From NCBI RefSeq assembly GCF_018350175.1, contig NC_058368.1, forward strand, positions 15,812,001-15,876,000: a stretch of 64,000 nt of DNA. The letters are read 5' to 3'. This document shows, piece by piece, positions 52,801-64,000 of this stretch. The notes below the pieces were generated by a model. That model worked only from the letters and a program-made list of their open reading frames with translations. It was not told the DNA's origin and did not search any database. The position numbers and the translations under genes are program-made. This DNA comes from Felis catus (lineage: Eukaryota). How positions within the stretch are numbered: position 1 is the first letter of the stretch; every line of letters starts with the position of its first letter.

Positions 52801-54275
52801 AGATATAGTTAATTAATTTACAACAAAGGAGTCAGGAACATATAACAGGGAAAAGAAAATCTCTTCAATATATGGTGCTGGGAAAACTGGACAGCCACAT
52901 GCCAAAGAATGAAACTGGAACTCTGTCTTATGCCATATACAAAAGTCACCTCAAAATGGATTAAATATTTGAACATGATAACTGAAATCATACAACTAGT
53001 AGAAAACATGGGACTTGGATCCTTGATAACAGTTTTGGCAATGTTTTTTTATATTTGATACCAAAAACTAAGGCAACAAAAGCAAAAGTAAACAAGTGGG
53101 ACTACATCAAACTAAGAAACTTCTTCACATGAAGGAAACCATCAACAAAATGAAAAGGTAACCTATCAAATGGGAGAAAATATTTTCAAATCGTATATCT
53201 GATAAGGGGTTAATATAAAAAATATAAAGACATGACATAACTTGGCAAAAAACGCCACAAACAATATGATTAAAAAAATGGTCAGATGAACTGATTAGAC
53301 ATTTTGCCAGAGAAGACATACAAATGGCCAACAGGTACATGAAAAGATGCTCAGCATCATTAATAATCAGAGAAATCCGGATCAAAACCACAATGAGATA
53401 TCACCTCATACCTGTTAGTGTTGCTGTCATGAAAAAGACAACAGATACAAGTGTCGGTGAGGGTATAGAGGAAAGGGAATCCTTGTGTACTGCTGGTGGG
53501 TATATAAATTGGGGCAGCCATATGTAAAACAGTATGGAGTTTCCTTTAAAAAAGTTAAAAAGAGAAGCACCTTATGATCGAGCAGTTCTATTCTGTCATA
53601 TCTCTGAAGGAAATAAAATAACTATATTGAAGGTATATCTGACCCCCTCCAATGTTCATTGCAGAATTATTTACAATAGCCAAAACGTAGAAACAAACCT
53701 AACTGTCCATCAATGGATAAAAGAAAGAAAATGTGGTGTATATTTATAATGGGTTATTATTTCACAATAAAAAAGAAGGAAATCCTTCCATTCACAGCAT
53801 GTTTAGACCGTGAGGGCATTATGTTAAGTAGAATCAGTTATATAGAGAAAGGCAAATACTATATGCCCTCAGTTATATATGGAATTAAAAAAAAAAAACC
53901 TGAACCCATAGAAACAGAAAAGATTGGTGGTTGCTGGAGGAGGTGTTAGGGGGGTGAGAGAAATGGGTGAAGATAATCAAAGGTGGTCAGTAGGTATAAA
54001 TTTCACATTATAAGTTCTGGGAATGTACAGGATGGTGACTATGGTTAATAATACTGTATTGTATACGTGAAGTTGCTAAGAAGTAAGTCTTAAAAGCCTC
54101 ACCTCATGAAAAAAGTTGTAACTATGTGAGGTGATGAATGTTAACTAGACTTGCTGTGGTGATCATTTCACAATATATACTTATATCAAATTTATTATGT
54201 TGTATACCTTAAGCTAATAAAATATTATATATATAATATATGTCAATTATATCTCAATAAAACTAAGGAGGGAAA
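49856..54275 (+). mobile_element. 5'-truncated older LINE-1 (L1MA/L1_Carn-like; most of ORF2 plus 3' UTR), inserted in an L2 remnant
   Basis: Degraded ORF2 from the endonuclease region to the C-terminus; TSD catggtaaaaactg at ~49842 and ~54278. Confidence 0.88.
50049..50423 (-). mobile_element. Young feline LINE-1 3' fragment nested antisense in the older L1
   Basis: Nearly identical to ~46315-46683; TSD taaaatatacttta on both sides. Confidence 0.93.
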
Positions 54276-55036
54276 CCATGGTAAAAACTGAACTTCAAAT
54301 TCCCCAAGTCCTCTCTTGTTATCTTTCCCATTTCCTGATGGCATTTTCATCTTTCCAATAGATCAGCTTAGAAAACTGTGGCCATATTGGACTCCTTTCT
54401 TTTTCTCATAGTCACATGTAATCACATTTGCTCACATTTAGTAAACCTGTCAGCTCTACTTATGAAATATGACAGAACATGACCACTTCTCACTGTGCTG
54501 TCCAAGCCACCATTTATTATCCTCTCTAATGGCCACAGCTTCCTGACTGGTTGCTCTGTGTCCACCATTGCCTGTCAACAGTGTGCTTTCCATGAAGAAT
54601 TTAATACCTAAACCTGATTATATTACTCCTCTGCTAAAAATATTCTTGATGGCTTTCCCTTTCACATAGCCAAAGTCATTAAAAACCCTACAAAACTCTA
54701 TGTTATCCCATACCTCCATGACCTTTTTGATCTATTATTATCTTCTCAAACACATTTCTGCCTTTGCATCTATAGTTTTCTTATAATTCTCTGATATTTT
54801 AAAAATTCTAATTATAAATACTTCATTACATCTAAGAGATCATTTAAAAGTAATCATAATTATCATGTCTTAAACTGTAATTTCATAATGTCATCTGATT
54901 ACAGAGTTTACATTTCCCTAGTTTTTGTAATTTAGAAGGAAATCTGTTCAGATTAAGATCCAAACAAGGTTCACACATTGTATTTGTTTAGTGTGTCTCT
55001 TTTTTGTATGTTCATGATGATACATGCATATATATG

Positions 55037-55073
<37 letters not shown>

Positions 55074-55079
55074 GTATAT

Positions 55080-55410
55080 TTGAGTGTTACATTAATTTCA
55101 GATATATAGCGTAGTGATTCAACTTGTCTGTATCTTATGTTATTTATGCTCACTACAAGTGCAACTACCATCTTTCACCATACAATGCTATTATAATATC
55201 ATTGACCGTATTCCCTATTCTGTGCCATTTATTCTCTTGATTTATTTATTCCATAACTGGAAGCCTATATCTCCTACTGCCCTTCACCTATTTTGCCCAT
55301 CCCCCTACCCCACTTCACTGTGGCAGTCATCAGAATGTTCTCTGTATGTATAGTTCTGATTTTATTTTTTGTTTATTCGTTTTTTTTTGTTTTTAAGATT
55401 CTACATAGTA
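55080..55410 (-). mobile_element. LINE-1 3' UTR fragment next to a (TA)n repeat
   Basis: Reverse L1MA/L1_Carn 3' end text. Confidence 0.7.
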
Positions 55411-56832
55411 TGTCTCTTAAGATACTTTTAATCTGTAAGGGTTTTCTCTCCCACCACTTTCTTCTTTTTGTAAAGAATGGATCTTAGGTGGTAGAATTTC
55501 CCACATTCTAGATTGGTATTGTTTACCTTGTTTATCTAGCTTTTTATTTCCATTAACCTGGTTGTTATGTTAGACCTAGAGGCTAATTCAGATTCAAGTT
55601 TGAGCTTTTTTTTTCTTTTTTTTCTTTTTTTACAAATATGTCATAGGTGGAACTGTATATTCCCTACTGAATTACATTGGGGGGTTATAATAGCTGTCTG
55701 TTTTTTGATGTTAGGATTATTCAGTAGATTCAATTATTGAATTAATTCAATTTAGCCACTAGAGGTCAGGACTTTGTTTTAAAAATAATAAGTACCATAC
55801 TGGACTTCATGAAGGATCTAGACTTAAGTTTTGTAAAAGAGTGGAAAAATCTTTGTTAATGAGGTGTCATTAGGAATTCTTGGGTAAACCTTTTTGTCTC
55901 TTAAATATAAATGATGGTTGTCTTAAAAGGTTAAATATAATTTTGCAATATAATTTTTCCATTTTAAACCATTTTCACTATATTAAAACTATATGTTTCC
56001 CAGATTTAAACACTTCTGTATCCTGGAAGTTTAATTCAGTTTGTATGCTGCTTTAGTTGTATACAATATTCTGCTTAAAATGGTAAAACAGGAAAAATAA
56101 GACAATAGGAAAAATGCTAGTGAAACCAAGCATGGAAAAAGGGGATGACAGTAAAGGAGAGGAGGAACTAAGGCATGTCTGTGGCTATTGTGGGAATCTG
56201 CAGCTGTGTTTCCTCCCTGGGATTGTGCACAGGTCTGCTTCCCAGTGCTGTCTCTGGAACTTTTTTTGAAACATTCCTGCTATTGAATGAATGGGTGGCC
56301 TTGAGGGTCCAAAGAAGTTCTTCAATTTAATCACAGTAATAATTTTTATTAGAGATGCTGATAGAGGTAGATATGTGTTATTTTTGTTCTTTACAAGTGG
56401 GAGAAATTGAATTTAAGTAACACAACTATTATGGTAAATTACTGCCCCAGAACATAATGTCAAAACAATAATGAGTATGAAAATAGCAGTAATTTATACA
56501 TTTTGAGAATCACATCTTTACTTTGGTGAACTAAACCCAGATAATCTGGGGTTTAGATTCTGGCACTACTTTATTATGTCATCTTGTAACATGACCACTT
56601 TGAGTGTCAGTTCACCTGTATATAAAGTGGGACCAATAAGACCAAGGACTATATTAATAATATTGTATATTTGAAAGTTGCTAAGAAAGTAAATCTTAAC
56701 ATTTCTAATTTCAAGAAAAAAAATTTAACTATGTGAGGTGATGGATTTTAGCTAGCCTTTTATTATTATCTACACCTGGGCCTGATCTGAATCATGCTGA
56801 ACTGTTTAAGTCTAGTTAAAATGGAGATACTT

Positions 56833-57250
56833 GGGTGGCTCTGTCAGTTAAGTGGCTGACTTCGGCTCAGGTCATGATCTCATGGTTTGTGGGTTCAAAC
56901 CCTACATCAGTCTCTGTGCTGACAGCTCGGAGTCACAGAGCTCCGATTCTGTGTCTCCCTCTCTCTCTCTGCCCCTTCACCGCTTGTACTCTATGTCTCA
57001 AAAATAAATATACATTAAAAAAAATTCTTGGGGCGCCTGGGTGGCTCAGTTGGTTAAGCGTCTGACTTCGGCTCAGGTCATGATATCATGGTCAGTGAGT
57101 TTGAGCCCCGCATTGGGCTCTGTGCTGACAGCTCAGAGCCTGGAGCCCATTTCAGATTCTGTGTCTCCCTCTCTCTCTGCCCCTCCCCTGTTCATGCTCT
57201 GTCTCTCTCTGTCTCAAAAATAAATAAACGTTAAAAAAAAAAAAGAAAAA
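56833..57250 (+). mobile_element. Tandem CanSINE pair (~56833-57025 and ~57030-57250)
   Basis: Outer TSD tttaagtctagttaaaatgg; inner repeat aaaaaaattctt around the second copy. Confidence 0.92.
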
Positions 57251-57761
57251 AATTCTTTAAGTCTAGTTAAAATGGTCTTAGGAATTTCTTAAATACTTAG
57301 CTAATGTATTTTTCACTTACTTAAAAATTGAAGTATTAAAATTCTCTACTATCACCCTATATAATAAGTTCTCAGAAATTATTTTTGGAAGTATATCTCT
57401 TCTTTCCAGCCCATATCAGTATTAAACCTTTATATTTATTTTAACTACTTAGAAGAATGTTCTGAACTATATTTTTTTCCCAGATGTATAAGAATATAAC
57501 TGGCAATATTTAATAGTTTTTGTTATTGTTGTTGTTGCATAGGTGGATAATTGGTTAGGTAAAGAAAACGAAATGATATCTTTTTTAAATCCAGATAGTT
57601 TACTAAAATAACTGAAAGCAACATCAGATTTTTATGATATTGCAATGTTTTATAAGTACAAATAAAGTCAATTATAGTTTATATATTAGTTGGGTAACTA
57701 ATTTCATTTCATTCATATATTTGTTCATTAGTTGAATGAAAGAGAAACCATATTACATTTA

Positions 57762-58221
57762 CTTTTTAAATTATTTTATTTTATTTTTATTAATTTTAAA
57801 ATTTTGTTTAAATCCAAGTTAGTTAACATATACTGTAATAATGATTTCAGGAATAGAATTTAGTGATTCATCACTTACATATAACACCCAGTGCTCATCC
57901 CAACAAGTGCCTCCTTAATAATGCCCATCACCCATTTAGCCCATCTCCCCGCCCAACACCCCACCAGCAACCCTCAGTTTGTTGTTGTATTTAAGAGTCT
58001 CTTATGGTTTGCCTCCCTCTCTGTTTTCATCTTATTTTTCCTTCCCTTCCCCTACGTTCATCTGTTGTGTTTCTTAAATTCCACATATGAGTGAAATCAT
58101 ACTTCTCTTTCTCTGACTGACTTATTTCACTTAGCATAACACACTCTACTTCCATCCACATTGTTGCAAATGGCATGATATAATTCTTTTTGATCACCAA
58201 GTAATATTCCATTGTGTATAT

Positions 58222-58265
<44 letters not shown>

Positions 58266-59289
58266 CACATCTTCTTTATCCATTGGTCAGTCAATGGACA
58301 TTTGGGCTCTTTCCATAATTTGGCTATTGTCAATAGTGCTGCTATAAACATTGGGATGCAGGTGTCTCTTCGAATCATCGTTTTTGTATCCTTTGGGTAA
58401 ATACCTAGTAGTTTAATTGCTCGATTTTAGGGTAGTTCTATTTTTAATTTTTTGAGGAACCTCCATACTGGTTTCCAGAGTGACTGCACCACCAGCATTC
58501 CACCAGCAATGCAAGTGTTTCCCTTTCTCCACATCCTTGCCAACATATGTTGTTTCCTGAGTTGTTAATCTTAGCTACTCTGACAAGTGTTAGGTGATAT
58601 CTCATTATAGTTTTGATTTGTATTTCCCTTATGATGAGTGATGTTGAGCATCTTTTCATGTGTCTGTTAGCCATCTGGATGTCTTGTTCGACAATTTTCG
58701 GTTTGGTACTGGCAGAAAAACAGACACATAGATCAATGGAACAGAATAGTGAACCCAGAAATGGACCCACAAGTGTATGGCCAACTGGTCTTTGACAAAG
58801 CAGGAAAGACTATCCATTGGAAAAAAGAGTCTCTTCTGCAAATGGTATTCGGAAAACTGGACAGTGACATGCAGAAGAATGAACCTGGACCACTTTCTTA
58901 CACTATACACAAAAATAAATTCAAAATGGATAAAAGTTCTAAATGTAAAACAGGAAACCATCAAAATCCTCGAAGAGGCAACAACGTCTTTGATCTTGGC
59001 TACAACGACTTCTTACTAGACATGCCTCTGGAGGCTAGGGAAACAAAAGCAAAAATGAACTCTTGGGACCTCATCAAGATAAAATCTTCTGCACTGCAAA
59101 GGAAACAATCAGCAAAACTAAAAAGCAACCGACTGAATGGAAGAAGTTATTTTCAGATGATAGATAAAGGGTTAGTATCCAAAATCTATAAAGAACTTAT
59201 CAAACTGAACACCCAAAAAACAAATAATCTAATGAAGAAATGGGCAAAAGACATGAACACTTTTGGAAAGAGGACATCTAGATGGCAGA
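57762..59289 (-). mobile_element. LINE-1 with 5' inversion (minus part ~57762-58688, inverted plus part ~58703-59289)
   Basis: ORF2 remnants switch strand at ~58690; the whole unit is flanked by cata(t/c)tacattta TSD (57749-57761, 59290-59302). Confidence 0.9.
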
Positions 59290-59311
59290 CATACTACATT
59301 TAAAGTAGCAT

Positions 59312-59505
59312 GGTGTCTGGGTGGCACAGTCGGTTAAATGTTCGACTCTTGACTTTGGCTCAGATCATGATCTCATAGTTCATGAGTTCAAGCCCCACTT
59401 TGGCTCTGTGCTGATGGCTCAGAGCCTCCTTGGGATTCTGTCTCCCTCTCTGTCTGCTGCTCCCCAATTTGCTCTCCATCTCTTTCTCAAAATAAATAAA
59501 AATAA
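59312..59505 (+). mobile_element. CanSINE
   Basis: Diverged head and A-rich tail. Confidence 0.85.
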
Positions 59506-62500
59506 ACTTCAAAACCAATTCAAAACAAATTTAAAAAGTAAAGAAGCATGGCCCTTGCAGTCATGAAATTATAGAGTTGAATTAAAATCTCTGCTTATAA
59601 AGATTAAATGAGGTTTGTCATCTGTCTCTTTATTCACCCATCCATCCATTGATCTATCCATCCACCCATTTATCCATCCATGTTGAATGGATGAGATTCA
59701 CATAAAACATTGTAAGTCTTTAGTGTAGTGAAGAGACAGATAATAAATCAGGGTTCACAGTTCAGTATAATTATAGTGTGTGTGAATGCTACATCAGTAC
59801 AATGGAGGAGATCTAAATCAGATTAAGGGTAGGTCTTTTCTCTGAGCACATGAAGCCACTAATGTGAGTGCCCTAAGAAAACTGGGGACTGCTGGGTCAT
59901 GCATTAAAAGAAAAAGAATACCCCATGTCTATTAAAATGAAGGTTCAGGGAAATTGGTTTTAAATAATACAATTATTTTAAAATTTAAAGAAATTTGAGC
60001 ATGTTTATGTTCTGCCAATTGCAAGAGAGAGATTCCATATTCTAGAAAGAGAAAATCTTTGCTATCATTTAATAGGGTTCCTGAGTATGTTGAAGAGAAG
60101 GGATTACAATAAGTAAACTAAAGTGGGAAATAAAATAGCCTGTGAAGGGTATTTGGAGCGACTGATGCATAAACACTCTGGCGTGTTTATGTTTGGATTG
60201 AGTAATATTTTAAGCACCTGGATTTTAGTTAATCCTGTTTCCCAAAGCAGTACTGTTCTCTGTATTTGTATAGCAGCCCAAGGAAGGCAAACAAAGATAG
60301 ATTGCCAGCACTGAGGCTAAATCAGGTGTTCTTTTGTGTCAGGGTTACTGAGTTAAAGTTGTCTGTATTGGGATTTAAGCAGCATATCTTTCCCCTTTAA
60401 TTTTCACTCTTAGGAAATGTTGATATGAACATGGGAAACTTAACCTGGAAGTTATAAAATATTCTGTGCTGAATTTTGTAAGAAAAGGGACCTTCATGTG
60501 GTAAGTAAAAAGAACATTGTAAGAGTAAAGGCTGTTAAATGTTGTAATAGCCTACCAAGAGGTTGTAGAATTTTCTTGTAAGAGCTTTAAACTTGCAATA
60601 TAGATCCATTTAGATAACATTTTAGAACAGCCTCTGGCTTTGAGTACATGGTTAATTATACCAATGTATTTTCTATGAACTTACTCAATCACTACTTTCC
60701 CCAAGAAGCCTTTCCTTAGCTATCCACTCAGATTTGATGATTTCTTCCTTGGTATCCTCATGTCTCACAATCACAGCACCTATAAAATTTTAGGACAGTT
60801 CTTTAGGTATCAGTCTCCTTTTACTAGATTATAGTTCTCTGAGGGCAGAGTTATGTTTCAAGTTTCCAGTTTAGTGCTAGGTAAAAACATACAATCAATA
60901 TTACATAAGTCCCCTACCTCTCATTCTAGCTAAATCTGTCATTTCATTGTTCTAGGAGCTGGTCATGAACATTCCAATTTCTTGCGTTTATGCCATTTGC
61001 CTTATTTTGGAGTACACTTCCCTCTTCTGTATTTGTATGAGTCTTATGTGTTCTTCCAGACCCAGCACAAGTGTCACCTCTTTCATAGAGATCCCATGAG
61101 ATTCAAGGCTTGTGTGAACATTCTTACCTTGGAAATTCTATAGCATTTATTTACAGATTTGGTAACTATGAGTGCATGTATCATGACTCCTCAATTTGTG
61201 AGCATCTAAAACACAGGGATCGTGCCTTATCTGTACTGTCCCAATGCCTAGCATGGTACTTTATTCAGAGTAGCTGGGGTAATGAGAGAGGTGTGAAAAT
61301 GACTAATCTCCTCACTTAAGGAACTTACTGTTGAAGACACTGTTTCTAAAATCTGTACATAATGGAGAAAGGGGATCGACATTTCCAATACGATGAAATA
61401 ATGATACAGCTTCCCATCCTTGATCCAGAATCCCTGAGGCCAGATTGTTTTGGAAATTAGAATTTTTCCTCTTCACTGGGGTAGTATTTTCCATTAATGA
61501 TTCATAATAAATGAGTAAATAAAGACAGTAAATATTATAAATATCCTCATGTCCATTCAGATCAGGTTTTAGTTAATAAAGTGAACCTTGATAATCTGAA
61601 TTGCATAGACTGTGAAGTCAAATTATTTGTCTGATGATTAATCTGTAAGTCATATTGTTGACCTTGTAAATTGGTCACTGTCTGAAATTTATCCTCTGCT
61701 GTCCATTTAGTGTTCTTTTTAGTTTCAGTGGGGAGTAGCCATATTAATATAAATGTCATAAGAAGACTTTAAAACAGGACTTCAGTATTCTACAAACAAC
61801 AATTCTTAGAGTTTGGCTAACCCAAACATATAGAGTAATATGTATGTCTTACTTATTATTATTTTTTTTGTGTAGGAATTCTGACAAGAATTTTTAAGGC
61901 TCAAAAGAAACTACCTGTTCAAATAGAGCGAGCCTGAAAGAGAATAAACTTCTAAAGTGGAAACAACTTTTGAGTTAATTGACTCAGGAGTACACTGATG
62001 CTTTTCTATTTTTTTAAATGTTTAAAGAGGATTTAGAAATTAACTGCATTTCTATTTGACCTGAACTGTATACAACATTTTTAACTTTCAGCCTCTACTC
62101 TTCTTGGCTAGAGTTTAATATATTTTCTAATCCAACATTTATGGGTTTAGTTGAGCAATCTCTCTTGGCATGTATTTAGGTCAGTTATTTATTCACAAAA
62201 ATGAAGTCACTGCCATATGGAAGTATTTAGTGTAGTTTTTAACTAATACATTGAAACAATGAAACCTAGAAAGCATTTTTATCAAGTTAAAATATTCAAC
62301 CACAAAGGTTTCTTCTTTTCACTTTTATCATAAAATTGCTCCTAGGAATTGTGCTATAGTATAAAATTTGCTTTTTCAAAATTTGCTTTTTGGAGATTTT
62401 ATTTTTAAAAATGAAAAAAAAATCAATCTTTGATAGGGTGGACCCCACACAAGATAGTGACTCAACTAGACTTTTTAAAAAACCTAGAAGAGGATCAACT

Positions 62501-63097
62501 TAAAGAGTGGAGGAGAGAGATTAGAGGTGGTAGATGAGGAGGAAGAGGAGGTACTGAGTGGTGAGGAGAGATGGTGAGGAGTCTGGATTGAATACAGTGG
62601 CAGTGGATCTGGGAATACATGTTAACACATTATTAGGAGCCCCATGATAAAGTGTGACTGAGGACTATTTTAGCCAGATCCATGAAAGCCAAATGGTTTT
62701 AACCTGGGACTGTGAAAACAAAGTCAGCATCAGATTCAAGAGGCTCTGTGAACCTCTTGAAAAGAAGCAATGAATTATGATAGTAGATCAAAGATAGTTG
62801 GTAAAGGAGAAAGGGACAGTTTGATAGAAATGGGGAAATTTGGAAGGGATGCGTATAGGTTGTGATAGGTAATATGTTAAGCCTTACTATTGGTCTCAGG
62901 CTGCTGACAATAATACCCAGTAGGTTTTGTGTATATTTCATGGCCTAATCATGAAAGAATAAGATGGATCATGTTAACAAACCCAAGGTGGCTTTACCTC
63001 TATATTAGGACCAGACCAGTCACTGCATATCTGTGTGGCCACACCTCTTCCCAAGTTACTTGAAGGCAGCATAGTGTTTAAAAATGTTGACTACTTG

Positions 63098-63324
63098 AGG
63101 GGCTTCAGGGTGGCTCAGTCAGTTAAGCGCCCAACTTTGGCTCAGGTCGTGGCTCAGGTCATGCTGTCATGGTTCGTCAGTTTGAGCTCATGTTGGGCTC
63201 TGTGCTGAGAGCTCGGAGCCTGGAGCCTGATTCGGATTCTGTGTCTCCCTCTCTCTCTGCCCCTCCACCGCTCACACTCTGTTACTCTACTTTCTCTCTC
63301 AAAAATAAATAAACATTAAAAAAA
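63098..63324 (+). mobile_element. CanSINE with internal 12-bp duplication (tggctcaggtc repeated)
   Basis: TSD aaaaatgttgacta. Confidence 0.9.
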
Positions 63325-63669
63325 TGTTGACTAATTGGAAATCTTAGCACAGTTATTTAGCTAGTTGAGGTTAAAAAAAAAGAGGGAAAAGAAAGAACAT
63401 AATTCTTGTGCCACTGTAAAGTATATAATTGTACTAAAAAGTAACTATGGAGTTATTGTATGACAATGGAGATAAATTGGTCAGGATTCTTTTCCTTACA
63501 AGTGATACAAACCTAACTTGAACCAGCTTAGGCAATAGAAGAATATTTATTGGTTCACATAACAGAAAAGTACAGGAGTTTACTGCTTTAGGCATGGCTG
63601 TCTCCAGGTGCTTAAATGATGTTATCAGGTATCTGTTTCTTTTTTTCATCACTTGGCTCTATTCTTTTT

Positions 63670-64000
63670 TTTTTCTGTTTTCTTTTTTACAATAATTTTT
63701 TATTGAGGTAAAATTGGTATTTCACATCATATTAGTTTCAGGTATACAACATACTATTTTGGTATTTGTTTTTACTACACAGTGATCACCACAATAAGTC
63801 TAGTTATCATCTGTCACTATACAGTAATCCCTTTCACTCCTTTTGCCCACCTCCCAACCCCCTTTCCCTCTGACAATTATAAATCTGTTATCTCTATGAG
63901 TTTTGATTTGTTTTACTTTGTTTTGTTTTTTATTACACGTATAAGTGAAATTATAATGGTATCTGTCTTTTTCTGTCTGGCTTATTTTACTTAGCGTAAT
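63670..64000 (-). mobile_element. LINE-1 3' end, running off the window
   Basis: T-rich tail then ttagtttcaggtatacaacat...gatcaccacaataagtctagt typical of L1MA/L1_Carn 3' UTR. Confidence 0.8.

Noticed and set aside
56531..56556. Near-perfect short hairpin ctaaacccagat-a-atctggggtttag
   Set aside because: Too short for a miRNA precursor and lies in MIR-like sequence; likely chance or local quasi-palindrome correction.

Overview
Mammalian genomic DNA, almost certainly from a felid, given the abundant feline-type tRNA-derived CanSINEs and carnivore LINE-1s. Positions 1 to ~17.7 kb hold the 5' part of SUPT20H (SPT20 homolog, SAGA complex component; FAM48A/p38IP) on the minus strand. It has a CpG-island promoter and non-coding exon 1 (~17.4-17.7 kb), an exon ending exactly in the ATG, and seven further coding exons that splice in frame to give the first 189-190 aa. 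The gene continues off the left edge. The remaining ~46 kb upstream of the gene is intergenic and mostly transposon-derived: nested LINE-1s (including a near-full-length L1 inside the 5' UTR of another full-length L1), CanSINEs, MaLR/ERV LTRs, Tigger/MER/MADE2 DNA-transposon relics and L2/MIR. I found no evidence for a new protein-coding system. The most unusual observations are an antisense 5S rRNA fragment plus poly(A) embedded in an L1, the L1-in-L1 nest, SUPT20H 5' UTR and splicing features (strong-context uORF, NAGNAG, alternative donors, inverted SINE pairs around exons), and a chain of + strand exon-like units (including a 5-nt microexon motif) that might belong to a divergent lncRNA. 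Repeat subfamily names come from recalled consensus features, and repeat boundaries are approximate.
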